This document shows, one piece after another, positions 1 to 10,697 of a stretch of 64,000 bases of DNA; position 1 is the stretch's first letter, and each line of letters begins with the position of its first letter. Origin of the DNA: Alphaproteobacteria bacterium (GTDB lineage Bacteria > Pseudomonadota > Alphaproteobacteria > UBA8366 > G965603855); NCBI GenBank assembly GCA_965603855.1, contig OZ272519.1, positions 4,379,781 through 4,443,780 of the forward strand, in the 5' to 3' direction. Position numbers and translations under genes: made by a program. The notes under the pieces are model-generated. The model saw only the letters and a program-made list of their open reading frames with translations, did no database searches and was not told the DNA's origin.

Positions 1-20
1 GGGTATGGAGGCAACCGCCC

Positions 21-530
21 GTGAAACGTCTGTTCGGCATGCTGGTCCTTGCGGCCGCGCTATGTTTTGCGCGTGTACCTGCCTATGCGCAGACAGACCC
101 CGCCTTCATCACCTTCGGCGCCGGCTGGTACGACATCAACAAGCGGGACGACGAAGCCGGCGAGTTCCGTATCGAATACTGGTCCGACGCAAAATGGTGG
201 ATCTTCAAGCCCTTCGCCGGCGTGATGGCAACCACGGATGCCGCAGTGTACGGCCATGCCGGTATTCGCCTGGACGTGTTCTTCGGCAACCGTTTCGTGC
301 TGACCGGCAGTTTCGCCCCCGGCCTCTATCACGAGGGCAACGGTAAGGATCTGGGGCACGTGGTGCAGTTCCGCTCGAACGTCGAAGGCGCCTACCGCTT
401 CGACAACCGCGCGCGTCTTGGCCTTGCGTTCTACCACCTGTCCAACGCCAGCCTCGACGACGACAACCCGGGCACCGAAGTCTTGAGCGTGTTCTACGCC
501 CACCCGATCAAGAGCCTGTTCGGCGACTAG
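21..530 (+). CDS. Acyloxyacyl hydrolase / lipid A 3-O-deacylase (PagL-like) outer-membrane beta-barrel
   Basis: Signal peptide, alternating beta-strand pattern, C-terminal H-L-S-N-A motif (PagL HxSN) and GGAGG RBS before GTG. Confidence 0.8.
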   Translation: MKRLFGMLVLAAALCFARVPAYAQTDPAFITFGAGWYDINKRDDEAGEFRIEYWSDAKWWIFKPFAGVMATTDAAVYGHAGIRLDVFFGNRFVLTGSFAPGLYHEGNGKDLGHVVQFRSNVEGAYRFDNRARLGLAFYHLSNASLDDDNPGTEVLSVFYAHPIKSLFGD

Positions 531-561
531 CCGCGGGCATCCGGTCCGACGGCCGCGCGGT

Positions 562-575
562 TTGTCCTGGATCAA
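562..575. promoter_or_regulatory. Possible FNR/FixK-type box (TTGTC-N4-ATCAA)
   Basis: Perfect right half-site of TTGAT-N4-ATCAA, about 60 bp upstream of the ABC operon. Confidence 0.4.
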
Positions 576-637
576 GGCACGGCGCGTGCGCACCGGACAA
601 CAGTGACCAACAGACCCTAAAGCTGGAGCGGCCCGCC

Positions 638-1366
<729 letters not shown>

Positions 1367-1374
1367 GCCGGCCG

Positions 1375-3738
1375 ATGCATCCGTTGGACCGCAAGCTTGC
1401 CCGCGACCTCTGGCGCATGAAAGGCATGGCGCTTGCCATCGCGGTGGTGATTGGGGCCGGCCTTGCGACCTTCGTGATGTCGCTGGGCGCGTTGCAGTCG
1501 CTGGACGAGACGCGCGCCGCCTATTACGAGCGTTACCGTTTTGCCGACATCTTCGCCACGGTCAAAAGGGCGCCGCAATCGCTGGGTTCCGAAATCGCGC
1601 GCCTGCCGCACGTCAAGACGGTGCAGACGCGGATCGTCAAGGACGTGATTCTTGACGTGCCGGGTCTCGCCGAACCGGCCACGGGCAGGTTGATCTCGAT
1701 CCCCGAAAGCCGACCGCCGGCATCGAACGATATCGTGATCCGGGTCGGTCGTCGGGTCGCGGCAGGCCGCCCCGACGAGGTCGTCATCGCCGAGTCCTTC
1801 GCCGAGGCCCACGAATTCAAGCCCGGGGACCGGGTCACCGCCATCATCAACGGCCGCAAGCGCGCACTTGACATCGTCGGCGTCGCGCTGTCGCCGGAAT
1901 ATGTCTATTCCATCGCGCCCGGCGCCTTGATGCCCGACGACGCCCGGTTCGGCGTGATGTGGATGGGCGAACAGGCGCTGGCCGCCGCGTTCGACCTGGA
2001 GGAGGCGTTCAACGACATCTCGGTGACCGTTTCCTACGAGGTCTCGCCGGACGAGACGCTGCGCCGCATCGACCTGTTGCTGGAACCCTATGGCGGAACC
2101 GGGGCGATCACCCGCGCGGACCAAACGTCCAACTGGTTCCTGGTCGGCGAGCTGGAGCAGCTTCGAACCATCGCCACGATCATGCCCACCATCTTCCTGG
2201 CGGTGTCCGTGTTCCTGCTCAATCTGGTGGTGGCGCGGCTGGTGGAAACCGAACGCGAGCAGATCGGTCTGTTGAAGGCGTTCGGCTATTCCAACCTGGC
2301 GGTTTCCTGGCACTACCTCAAATTCGTGCTGGCGGTGGTCAGCATCGGCATCCTGTCCGGCTGTCTTGGCGGCGCATGGCTTGCGCACGCGATCACCGTT
2401 CTTTATGCGAAGGTCTATCGCTTCCCGTTCCTGTATTTCGAGCTGGGCGCGAACATCTTCGCCATGGGCGCGGGGCTTGCGATCCTCGCCGCGGTCATCG
2501 GCACCATGGGCGTCATCCTGCGCGCCGCGGCAACCCCGCCGGCGATCGCCATGTCACCGCCCGCCCCGCCGCTCTACCGGCCCGGGCTTCTCAGGGCGCT
2601 TGGGCTCGCGCGCCTCCTGGACCAGCCCAGTCTGATGATCTTCCGGCACGTCACACGCTGGCCCGTCCGCTCGGGCCTGACCCTGCTGGGCATTTCCTTT
2701 GCCGTGGCGGTGCTGATCACGTCGCTGCACTGGCTGGACGCGATCAACTATCTGATGGAGTTCAACTTCTACCGTGCACAGCGCCAGGACGTCACCGTCT
2801 CGCTGGTCGAACCCCAGTCGGGCTCGGCGACGCAGGCTTTGGCCAACCTGCCGGGCGTGCTGGTGGTCGAACCCTATCGCAGCGTCCCCGCACGGTTCCG
2901 GGCCGGCCCCAGGGTGCAGTTGCAGGCGATCACCGGGATCAACCCCGACGCCGCCCTGAACCGCGCCCTGGACATAGACGGCCGGGTCGTCGAGCCGCCG
3001 CCGGGAGGGCTGGTCTTGTCGCAGAAGCTGGCCGAGCTTCTGGAGGTTGCGCCGGGCGACACGGTCACGGTCGAGGTCCTGGAGGCGCGCCGGCCGCATC
3101 GCGACTTCCCGGTCCATGCCTTGGTGAACACCTATCTCGGCAAGCCGGCCTACATGCACATCGATACGTTGAACCGCTTGATGCGCGAGGCGCCTTCGGT
3201 ATCCGGGGCCTATCTGCTGGTCGATCCCGTCGACCGGGGCGCGTTCTACGACACGCTGAAGCAGACGCCCAAGGTCGCGGGCGTCGCCCTTCGGTCCAGC
3301 ATGATCCAGGCCTTCCGCGACACGCTTGAGGAGACCATCGATTTCATCGTCTTCTTCTATGTGCTGTTCGCAGGACTGCTTGCGACCGGCGTCATCTATA
3401 ACGCCATTCGCATCTCGCTGTCGGAGCGCAGCCGGGACCTGGCCAGCCTGCGCGTCCTGGGCTTCACCCGGGCCGAAGTGTCCTACATTCTTTTGGGCGA
3501 GATCGCGCTTTTGACGGCGCTGGCCTTGCCGCTTGGCTGCCTCATCGGTTACGGCCTGTCGCGGTACATGACCGATCTGTTCGAGACCGAGCTCTATCGC
3601 ATCCCGATGGTGATCGAGCATGCCACCTACGGCATTTCGATTGCCGTCGTCGCCGCCGCCAGCGTCTTTTGCGGCCTTCTGGTCCAGCGCAGGATCGATA
3701 GACTGAACCTGATCGCCGCGCTGAGAACGCGGGAGTGA
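1375..3738 (+). CDS. ABC transporter permease, FtsX/MacB-like, two-module
   Basis: Two periplasmic+TM modules; 'ERxREIGLLKAxG'-type motifs (EREQIGLLKAFGY, ERSRDLASLRVLGF). Confidence 0.9.
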   Translation: MHPLDRKLARDLWRMKGMALAIAVVIGAGLATFVMSLGALQSLDETRAAYYERYRFADIFATVKRAPQSLGSEIARLPHVKTVQTRIVKDVILDVPGLAEPATGRLISIPESRPPASNDIVIRVGRRVAAGRPDEVVIAESFAEAHEFKPGDRVTAIINGRKRALDIVGVALSPEYVYSIAPGALMPDDARFGVMWMGEQALAAAFDLEEAFNDISVTVSYEVSPDETLRRIDLLLEPYGGTGAITRADQTSNWFLVGELEQLRTIATIMPTIFLAVSVFLLNLVVARLVETEREQIGLLKAFGYSNLAVSWHYLKFVLAVVSIGILSGCLGGAWLAHAITVLYAKVYRFPFLYFELGANIFAMGAGLAILAAVIGTMGVILRAAATPPAIAMSPPAPPLYRPGLLRALGLARLLDQPSLMIFRHVTRWPVRSGLTLLGISFAVAVLITSLHWLDAINYLMEFNFYRAQRQDVTVSLVEPQSGSATQALANLPGVLVVEPYRSVPARFRAGPRVQLQAITGINPDAALNRALDIDGRVVEPPPGGLVLSQKLAELLEVAPGDTVTVEVLEARRPHRDFPVHALVNTYLGKPAYMHIDTLNRLMREAPSVSGAYLLVDPVDRGAFYDTLKQTPKVAGVALRSSMIQAFRDTLEETIDFIVFFYVLFAGLLATGVIYNAIRISLSERSRDLASLRVLGFTRAEVSYILLGEIALLTALALPLGCLIGYGLSRYMTDLFETELYRIPMVIEHATYGISIAVVAAASVFCGLLVQRRIDRLNLIAALRTRE

Positions 3739-4967
3739 AACGCATGTCGCCGCTGGGCCGCCGAATCGCAATCTGGGGATCCGTCGCCGTCCTGGTCGCC
3801 GCCGGGCTGGTCTACGCGTTCTGGCCCCAGCCCGTGCCCGTCGACATGGCGGCCGTCCTCCGCGGGCCGATGCGGGTCACCATCGACGAGGAAGGCGAGA
3901 CCCGCGTTCACGACGTCTACGTTCTTTCTGCGCCGCTGTCCGGGCAGCTCATGCGGATCGAGAACGAAGTCGGCGATACGGTCGTCGCCGGTGAAACCGT
4001 CCTGGCGACGATCCAGCCGCGCGATCCCAGCCTGTTGGACGTGCGCTCCCTGAGCGAGGGCCAGGCCGCGGTCAAGGCCGCCGAGGCCGCCAGCGCCCTG
4101 GCCGAGGCCGAACTGGAGCGGGAAAAGGCCGCCCTGGCCTTCGCGATCAGCGACCTGGCGCGGGCGGAGCGGCTGCACACCCGCGGCAACATCTCGGAAC
4201 GGTCCCTGGACGCGGCGGAACTGGAGGTCCGAATCCAGCGGGCGGCGGTGAAGTCGGCCGAAGCCGCGCTCCAGGTCAAGACCTTCGAACTTGAGAATGC
4301 GCGCGCCTCTCTGATCACGCCGCACACCGATACTTCGAAGTCCGGCGCGGCCGAGGCCTGTTGCATCGACGTCTATGCCCCGGTCAGCGGCAAGGTCCTG
4401 CGGATCATTCGCGAAAGCGAAAGTGTCGTCCTTGCCGCCGATCCGATCCTGGAGATCGGCGACCCGCGCGATCTGGAGGTGGTCGTCGACCTTCTGTCGA
4501 CCGACGCCGTGAAGGTCGAGGCGGGCGACACGGTTCTGATCGAGGATTGGGGCGGCCAGTCCCTGCGGGGTCGCGTCCGTCGGGTCGAGCCCTACGGTTT
4601 CACCAAGGTCTCGGCCCTGGGGATCGAGGAACAGCGGGTCAACGTCATCGTCGACTTCACCGATCCGCCGGAAATGTGGCAGCGCCTGGGTCACGGCTTT
4701 CGCGTGGAGACCTCGATCGTCACCTGGCAAGCCGACGGCGTTCTGCAGGTTCCGGTCGGTTCCCTGTTCCGCGGCGACAACGGCTGGGCCGTGTTCGTCG
4801 TCGACGGCGACCGCGCGGTGCGCCGCACGCTGGAAATCGGACAGATGAACAGCCAGGCGGCGCAAGTCCTGGACGGGCTGGCCGAGGGCGACCGGGTGGT
4901 CATGCATCCCAGCGACCGGGTGACCGAGGGCGTACGCATTGTGGCGCGCAAGGCCGGCGCGCTCTGA
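3735..4967 (+). CDS. Efflux periplasmic adaptor (HlyD/MFP family)
   Basis: N-terminal TM, lipoyl half-motifs (APLSG, APVSG), coiled coil; GTGA overlap with the permease. Confidence 0.9.
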   Translation: MKRMSPLGRRIAIWGSVAVLVAAGLVYAFWPQPVPVDMAAVLRGPMRVTIDEEGETRVHDVYVLSAPLSGQLMRIENEVGDTVVAGETVLATIQPRDPSLLDVRSLSEGQAAVKAAEAASALAEAELEREKAALAFAISDLARAERLHTRGNISERSLDAAELEVRIQRAAVKSAEAALQVKTFELENARASLITPHTDTSKSGAAEACCIDVYAPVSGKVLRIIRESESVVLAADPILEIGDPRDLEVVVDLLSTDAVKVEAGDTVLIEDWGGQSLRGRVRRVEPYGFTKVSALGIEEQRVNVIVDFTDPPEMWQRLGHGFRVETSIVTWQADGVLQVPVGSLFRGDNGWAVFVVDGDRAVRRTLEIGQMNSQAAQVLDGLAEGDRVVMHPSDRVTEGVRIVARKAGAL

Positions 4968-4976
4968 GGCGTCGTC

Positions 4977-5492
4977 TCAGCGCCGGTCGAACCGGTCGGC
5001 GAGGACCGTCAGGGTCACGACTTTCTTGACGCCGCCGATCCGTTCCAGGGCGTCGCGCACGTGATTGATGGTTTCCAGGGAATCGCCCTCGACATAGACG
5101 ATCATGTCGATCTCGCCACTCAGCGACTGGCTGGTCTTGACCTCCGGAATGCGGGCCACTTCGGGAAGGACCCGTTCGCACAGCGCGCCGCCGAGATACA
5201 ACAGCATGTAGGCGCGCGCGGCGGCCGTCGGGGCAGGTCCGCCAAGCCGGACCGAGTAGCCCGCGATGACGCCCGTTCGCTCCAGCCGGTTGAGGCGCTC
5301 GCGCGTCGCGTTGCGGGACAGCCCGATCGCCTGCGCCAGTGTCGAAACCGGCTCGCGCCCGTTGGCCTGCAGGATACTGACGATCTGGCGGTCGATCCGA
5401 TCCAGGGACCGCAGGGCCGGCGGCGTCTCATCGTTCGTCGGCGGGCTGGCCGGGTTCCTTGAAATCGGCGGGGATCTGCGGTTCGAGGTCAC
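4977..5492 (-). CDS. Lrp/AsnC family transcriptional regulator
   Basis: LDRIDRQIVSILQANGR HTH, 'LNRLERTGVIAGYSV', C-terminal RAM domain. Confidence 0.9.
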   Translation of the reverse strand: MTSNRRSPPISRNPASPPTNDETPPALRSLDRIDRQIVSILQANGREPVSTLAQAIGLSRNATRERLNRLERTGVIAGYSVRLGGPAPTAAARAYMLLYLGGALCERVLPEVARIPEVKTSQSLSGEIDMIVYVEGDSLETINHVRDALERIGGVKKVVTLTVLADRFDRR

Positions 5493-6795
5493 TCTTCCGG
5501 TTCCGGTTCATCCAGGCGTCGACCAGGTATGGAAGGCCGAACAGGGCTGCTGCGCATAATAGCGCCCAACCGAAGACACCGGCAAAGGCGACACAGATCG
5601 CAAAGGCGGCGATGCCGAACAAACGCGCGCCGGGATGCCGCTCGACCTTGATGAATGCGGCAATCGCAAGGACATAGAGAAGAAAGAAGTTCTGTCCCGC
5701 CACCCGCAACAGGTCGGACAGCGTCAGCAATCCGCCGCCGTGCAGGCACAGCACCAGCGCAAACAGAACCGACAGCGCAGCGATCGCCGCACGCGGGGTG
5801 TTGCCGGGACCGGCGACCCGGTGCAGGGCCAAGCCGCGCGGCGCCCATCCGCTGCGCGCGATGTCGAAGATCAGCCGAGAAGCGGCCCACACCGCGCCGT
5901 TCAGGTTGGCGACCACGATGACGACGACAAGGACGGCGACCGCGACGCCCGTCCCCGGCCCGTCCAGCAGCACCCGCTTGAGGATGATCAGAAACGGCGC
6001 GGCCTCCAAGGTCCGGTCGCCGTATTCCACATACGCCTGGACCGCCAGCGCGGTGCCCAGATAAAGCGCCATCACGACGGCGAAGCTGATCGAAACGGCC
6101 AGCGGAAAGTCGCGCCGAGGGTTCTTGAATTCCTCGGTCATGAAGGACAGCATCTCCCAGCCCGTATAGGCGAAGAATGCCAGACCCATGCCGCTCCACA
6201 CGCCGACCCAGGTCGGGTTGCCGACGCTGAAGTCCACGTCCGCCCACCCCGGAACGCAGGCCAGCGCGACCGCGGCCAGGGACAGGACCAGAACCGCCAC
6301 AACGACGTTCTGAATACCGCCGGCGACCCGCGCGCCAAGCCAGGCGGCGCCGATCACAAGACCCAGCAGGATCGCCGCGATCCCGGCCGCCAGCCAGTGT
6401 TCCGGCTCCCGGTCTGTCGCCGACGCGAAACCGCCGGCGGCATATTCCGCGCCGGTCAGGGCAATACCCGGCAGGCCCAGCGAGAACGTTCCCACAAGCA
6501 GGTATGCGCTGCCCGGCCGCAGGCGCGGAAACGCCTGGCCGATGAAGCCGGCAACGCCGCCGGCGTTCGGAAACCGCCGGCCAAGGACCGCGAAGACGAA
6601 CAACAGCGGCAGAACCAGCACGCCGTTGAAAAGCCAGGCATAGACCGCCCAGCCGCCGCTCTGTTGGTAGACCAGTCCGGGCAGCGACAACATGCCGGCA
6701 CCGATGACGATGCCCAAGGCAAGCGATACCGCGCCGTAAAGCCCGATCGTCTTGTTCAGGCCCGTCGCGCCGGCATTGCGCGTCTCGGCAGGCAT
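5428..6795 (-). CDS. APC family amino acid permease
   Basis: TM1 motif IGAGML, FAYTGWE motif, about 12 TM segments; likely ATG at 6795. Confidence 0.9.
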   Translation of the reverse strand: MPAETRNAGATGLNKTIGLYGAVSLALGIVIGAGMLSLPGLVYQQSGGWAVYAWLFNGVLVLPLLFVFAVLGRRFPNAGGVAGFIGQAFPRLRPGSAYLLVGTFSLGLPGIALTGAEYAAGGFASATDREPEHWLAAGIAAILLGLVIGAAWLGARVAGGIQNVVVAVLVLSLAAVALACVPGWADVDFSVGNPTWVGVWSGMGLAFFAYTGWEMLSFMTEEFKNPRRDFPLAVSISFAVVMALYLGTALAVQAYVEYGDRTLEAAPFLIILKRVLLDGPGTGVAVAVLVVVIVVANLNGAVWAASRLIFDIARSGWAPRGLALHRVAGPGNTPRAAIAALSVLFALVLCLHGGGLLTLSDLLRVAGQNFFLLYVLAIAAFIKVERHPGARLFGIAAFAICVAFAGVFGWALLCAAALFGLPYLVDAWMNRNRKSDLEPQIPADFKEPGQPADER

Positions 6796-6805
6796 CAGCG
6801 CCGCT

Positions 6806-8062
6806 CTAGCATGGGACGGCGCCGTCGAAAGGATAGACCTCGTAGACGCACCGGTTCGAAATCGGTGCGGCGCCATGCAGCCGGCCGCGCGGAATGACAA
6901 GACCCTCGCCGTCGGTCAGCCGGACCGACTGGTCGAAGCCGGTCGCCAGGTCCAGCGCGCCGTCCCGAACCACCAGCAATGCGGTCTCGTCCCGAACCTG
7001 GGTGGTCGTGTCCTGGCCGCGCACCGTCTCGACGGTCGCTGCCTGGACCTTGTGCCATTCCTTCAGCGCCCGCTGTGTCGCGTCGCTTGGTTTCAGCCGG
7101 TAGGCGGCGCGCCGATCGGACCAGGTGATCTGTTCCAACAGGTCGGCATCGGCAATCTGCCGCATCAGCCAGTGTTCTTCGAAACCGCGCAGGATCTGGG
7201 GAACGATCCCGGTGCCGATCTCGTCAACAGCCGCCATGATCAGCCGGCGCAGCACGGTTTGTCGGCTGCCAAGGTCGTCGTCTTCCCGCAGCGCGAACTC
7301 GGGCACATAAAGCGCGTCGCCAAAAACCTGGCGCAGCATCGTCGACCATTGGCGCACCGCATGGGCGACGCCCACCTCCATGAAATGGAGCGCGCCCAGG
7401 TGGTGGAAAAGCGACCGCCTTCGGTGCAGCAACAGGCAGAAATGGTTGAACAACGCAAGCGACGAGGCAAGGTAGAGCTCTCTGTGCATGTCGGTATCCG
7501 CGTTCAGACCCACGCTCTCCAGCGTGAACTTGAACGCCGTCCGGTAACCCAGCGGAAGGGTCCCCTGCGCCGTCGACTGCGTCAGCACCGCCCACAGCGC
7601 GCGCTGCACCGGGCCGGCCATCGTGTAGGCGGCACGGGCCGTGTCCGCCGTTTCGCCCAGGTTCTCGCAGGCCCACTGCAGCAGGAACAGTTTCGCCGCC
7701 TCGCGCGGCGCCGCCGCATTCAGGACCGCCGTGCAAACGGCATCGTGCGAAACGGCGGCCGCATCCAGCCGGTCCTCCAGGTGGGACGCAAGCCGGCTTT
7801 TCGACCAGTTTCCCGAAAGATCGACGGCTTCGTCGAGAAAACCGAACGCATGCTCCTCGCACTGGGTGCGCAACAGGCTGCCCACTTGCAGACGATCCTT
7901 CGCGAAAATCGATCCCGCCGGGTCGGCCGCCAGCGGATCGGCACACGATATGGCGTCGCCGAGGCCGGATTCGTTCAAACTGCGCAGGATCCGTTGCGCC
8001 AGCAATGCGCTCGCGCCGGTCGGCGCGCTTGCCTTGATTGCGTCCGTCAATTCCAAACCCAC
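6806..8062 (-). CDS. SznF-like heme-oxygenase-like diiron (HDO) domain + cupin protein with degenerate metal ligands
   Basis: Segments AFGFLDEAVDLSGNW, TLESVGL, YLASSL, LRQVFGD, IVPQILRGFEEH, EQITWSD and GEGLVIPRGRLHGA..CVYEV match the SznF sequence as I recall it; start GTG 8062 (or TTG 8086). Confidence 0.75.
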   Translation of the reverse strand: MGLELTDAIKASAPTGASALLAQRILRSLNESGLGDAISCADPLAADPAGSIFAKDRLQVGSLLRTQCEEHAFGFLDEAVDLSGNWSKSRLASHLEDRLDAAAVSHDAVCTAVLNAAAPREAAKLFLLQWACENLGETADTARAAYTMAGPVQRALWAVLTQSTAQGTLPLGYRTAFKFTLESVGLNADTDMHRELYLASSLALFNHFCLLLHRRRSLFHHLGALHFMEVGVAHAVRQWSTMLRQVFGDALYVPEFALREDDDLGSRQTVLRRLIMAAVDEIGTGIVPQILRGFEEHWLMRQIADADLLEQITWSDRRAAYRLKPSDATQRALKEWHKVQAATVETVRGQDTTTQVRDETALLVVRDGALDLATGFDQSVRLTDGEGLVIPRGRLHGAAPISNRCVYEVYPFDGAVPC

Positions 8063-8200
8063 TGCGTTCCTTGACCGAATGCGCAAGGCCGGAGGATGCA
8101 GATCTGGCCGCTCCGTTTAAATCTGGCAAAATGCACGGTGGATGGTGAAAACGACCAGCGGCGCTCTGACGCCACTGGCGACAGAACGGAGTGTCCGTCG

Positions 8201-8746
8201 ATGGCATGGCGGTTGATAAGGACGATCCTGATCCTGCCGGGCACGGCCTTGGGCCTGATCCCGGGGTTGATCCTGTGGTTGTCCCACGGCACCCGCTTGG
8301 AATGGTCGCCGGCGCCCGTGACAACGGTGCAGTTCTGGTTGGGCTGCCTCGCCCTGGCCGCGGGTCTGGCCCTGGCGGTCTGGACCGTGCGGCTGTTCAC
8401 CACCGTCGGCCAGGGTACGCCGGCGCCGTGGGACCCGCCGCAGGCATTTGTCGTCGTCGGACCCTATGCCCACGTGCGCAACCCGATGATCTCCAGCGTC
8501 GTCGTTATGCTGGCGGGCGAGGCGCTGGTCTTTGGGTCCTGGCCGATCGTCGGTTGGGCCGCAGTCTTTTTCCTGATCAACTGCGTCTATTTCCCCATGG
8601 TCGAGGAGCCGGGCCTGGAGCGCCGGTTCGGCGACGACTACCGGCGCTACAAAGAAAAGGTCCCGCGATGGGTTCCCCGCCTGACGCCTTACCGTCCCGA
8701 ACGGGAGACGGCACAGGCCTTGGCGGGCGACGAGCCTAACCTGTAA
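8201..8746 (+). CDS. Isoprenylcysteine carboxyl methyltransferase / PEMT family membrane protein
   Basis: GTPAPWDPP, GPYAHVRNPM, EEPGLERRFGDDYRRY motifs. Confidence 0.9.
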   Translation: MAWRLIRTILILPGTALGLIPGLILWLSHGTRLEWSPAPVTTVQFWLGCLALAAGLALAVWTVRLFTTVGQGTPAPWDPPQAFVVVGPYAHVRNPMISSVVVMLAGEALVFGSWPIVGWAAVFFLINCVYFPMVEEPGLERRFGDDYRRYKEKVPRWVPRLTPYRPERETAQALAGDEPNL

Positions 8747-8885
8747 TATGACAGTCGCAATTGCGCGCAATCAGCCGACCGGATAGGGGTGCGGAAGAAA
8801 CCGCGGGGCGCCCGCGGCGCCGTCGCGTAACAAATCGCCTAACGGGCGGGAGAACCGATCACTCGACTTTTTGGGGGAAGCGATC

Positions 8886-10196
8886 ATGGGAATTCTGACG
8901 AGGGCGGGAAAGGCCTTTGGCCTTTCCGCCGTCCTTCTGTTTTCGACACTTGCGCCTGCATACGCCCAGGGCGGCTCCCTCGACGGGGCCAACACGGCCT
9001 GGATCCTGACCGCAACGGCACTGGTCCTGTTCATGACCCTGCCGGGACTGGCGCTGTTCTACGGCGGTCTGGTGCAGTCGAAGAACGTGCTGTCGGTGCT
9101 GATGCACTGCTTCGCCATCGCCTGCATGGCGTCGATCCTGTGGCTGGTGGCCGCCTACAGCCTGGCCTTCACCGACGGCGGGCCCGCCAACGCCGTTGTC
9201 GGCGGTCTCGGCAAGATGTTCCTTGCCGGCGTTGGCTGGGACGCACTGGCCGGCGATATTCCCGAAACCGTCTTCTTCATGTTCCAGATGACCTTTGCCA
9301 TCATCACGCCCGCCCTGATCGTCGGAGCCTATCCCGAACGCATCAAGTTCAGCGCCGTCATGCTGTTCAGCGGGCTGTGGCTGCTGGTCGTCTATGCGCC
9401 GGTCTGCCACTGGGTCTGGGGCGGCGGCTTCCTTGGCAACATGGGCGTTCTGGACTTCGCGGGCGGCCTCGTGGTGCACGCAACCGCCGGCGTTTCGGCC
9501 TTGGTGATCGCCAAGGCCCTGGGGCCGCGGCACGGGTTTCCCGCCGACCTGGAACCGCCGCACAACCCCGGCCTTACCATGATCGGCGCGGCGATGCTGT
9601 GGGTCGGCTGGTTCGGCTTCAACGCCGGAAGCGCGCTTGCGGCCGGCGGCAGCGCGGGCATGGCGATGACGGTGACGCATATCTCCGCGGCGACCGCATC
9701 GCTCACCTGGATGGTCATCGAATGGGTCAAGTTCGGCAAGCCGAGCCTGATCGGCATCGTGACCGGCATGGTGGCCGGCCTTGCGACGATCACGCCCGCA
9801 TCGGGCTCGGTCGGGCCGGTCGGCGCCTTGTGCATCGGCATTCTGGCCGGGATCGTCTGTTTCTGGGCCGTCGGCGCGGTCAAACAGCGCCTGAAGATCG
9901 ACGACTCGCTCGACGTCTTCGCGGTCCACGGGGTCGGCGGCATCATGGGGATCATGCTGACGGCGGTTTTCGTGTCGCCCACGTTCGGCGGCGCCGGCTA
10001 TGCCGAGGGCATGGGGCTGGGCAGCCAGCTTGGCGTCCAGTTCGTCGGCGTGATCGCGACCGTCGCCTGGTCGGCGATTGCCAGCTATGTTCTGGTCAAG
10101 ATCGTCGCCGGCACCGTCGGCCTGCGCATGGACGGCGATTCCATCACCGAAGGCCTCGATCTGTCGAGCCATGGCGAACGCAGCTACACCCTGTAA
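8886..10196 (+). CDS. amtB: Ammonium transporter
   Basis: FQMTFAIIT, DFAGGLVVH, GWFGFNAGS, DDSLDVFAVHG motifs; signal peptide. Confidence 0.97.
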   Translation: MGILTRAGKAFGLSAVLLFSTLAPAYAQGGSLDGANTAWILTATALVLFMTLPGLALFYGGLVQSKNVLSVLMHCFAIACMASILWLVAAYSLAFTDGGPANAVVGGLGKMFLAGVGWDALAGDIPETVFFMFQMTFAIITPALIVGAYPERIKFSAVMLFSGLWLLVVYAPVCHWVWGGGFLGNMGVLDFAGGLVVHATAGVSALVIAKALGPRHGFPADLEPPHNPGLTMIGAAMLWVGWFGFNAGSALAAGGSAGMAMTVTHISAATASLTWMVIEWVKFGKPSLIGIVTGMVAGLATITPASGSVGPVGALCIGILAGIVCFWAVGAVKQRLKIDDSLDVFAVHGVGGIMGIMLTAVFVSPTFGGAGYAEGMGLGSQLGVQFVGVIATVAWSAIASYVLVKIVAGTVGLRMDGDSITEGLDLSSHGERSYTL

Positions 10197-10202
10197 CCCT
10201 GA

Positions 10203-10565
<363 letters not shown>

Positions 10566-10697
10566 CGCGCCGCATCGTTCGTCCCGGAAACGCCGGCACC
10601 CGCATCCGACCGTGCGGGTGCCGGCCGTCTTTTGCACCTCGGGACCGCGACACATTGTGAACGGACAAACCCCGGCCGGCGCACTATATTCCCGTGC

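Noticed and set aside
6806-8746. Complete streptozotocin-type N-nitroso biosynthetic cluster
   Set aside because: No SznE-like arginine methyltransferase or ATP-grasp ligase. The neighbouring methyltransferase is the membrane ICMT/PEMT type, and the SznF homolog lacks its ligands.
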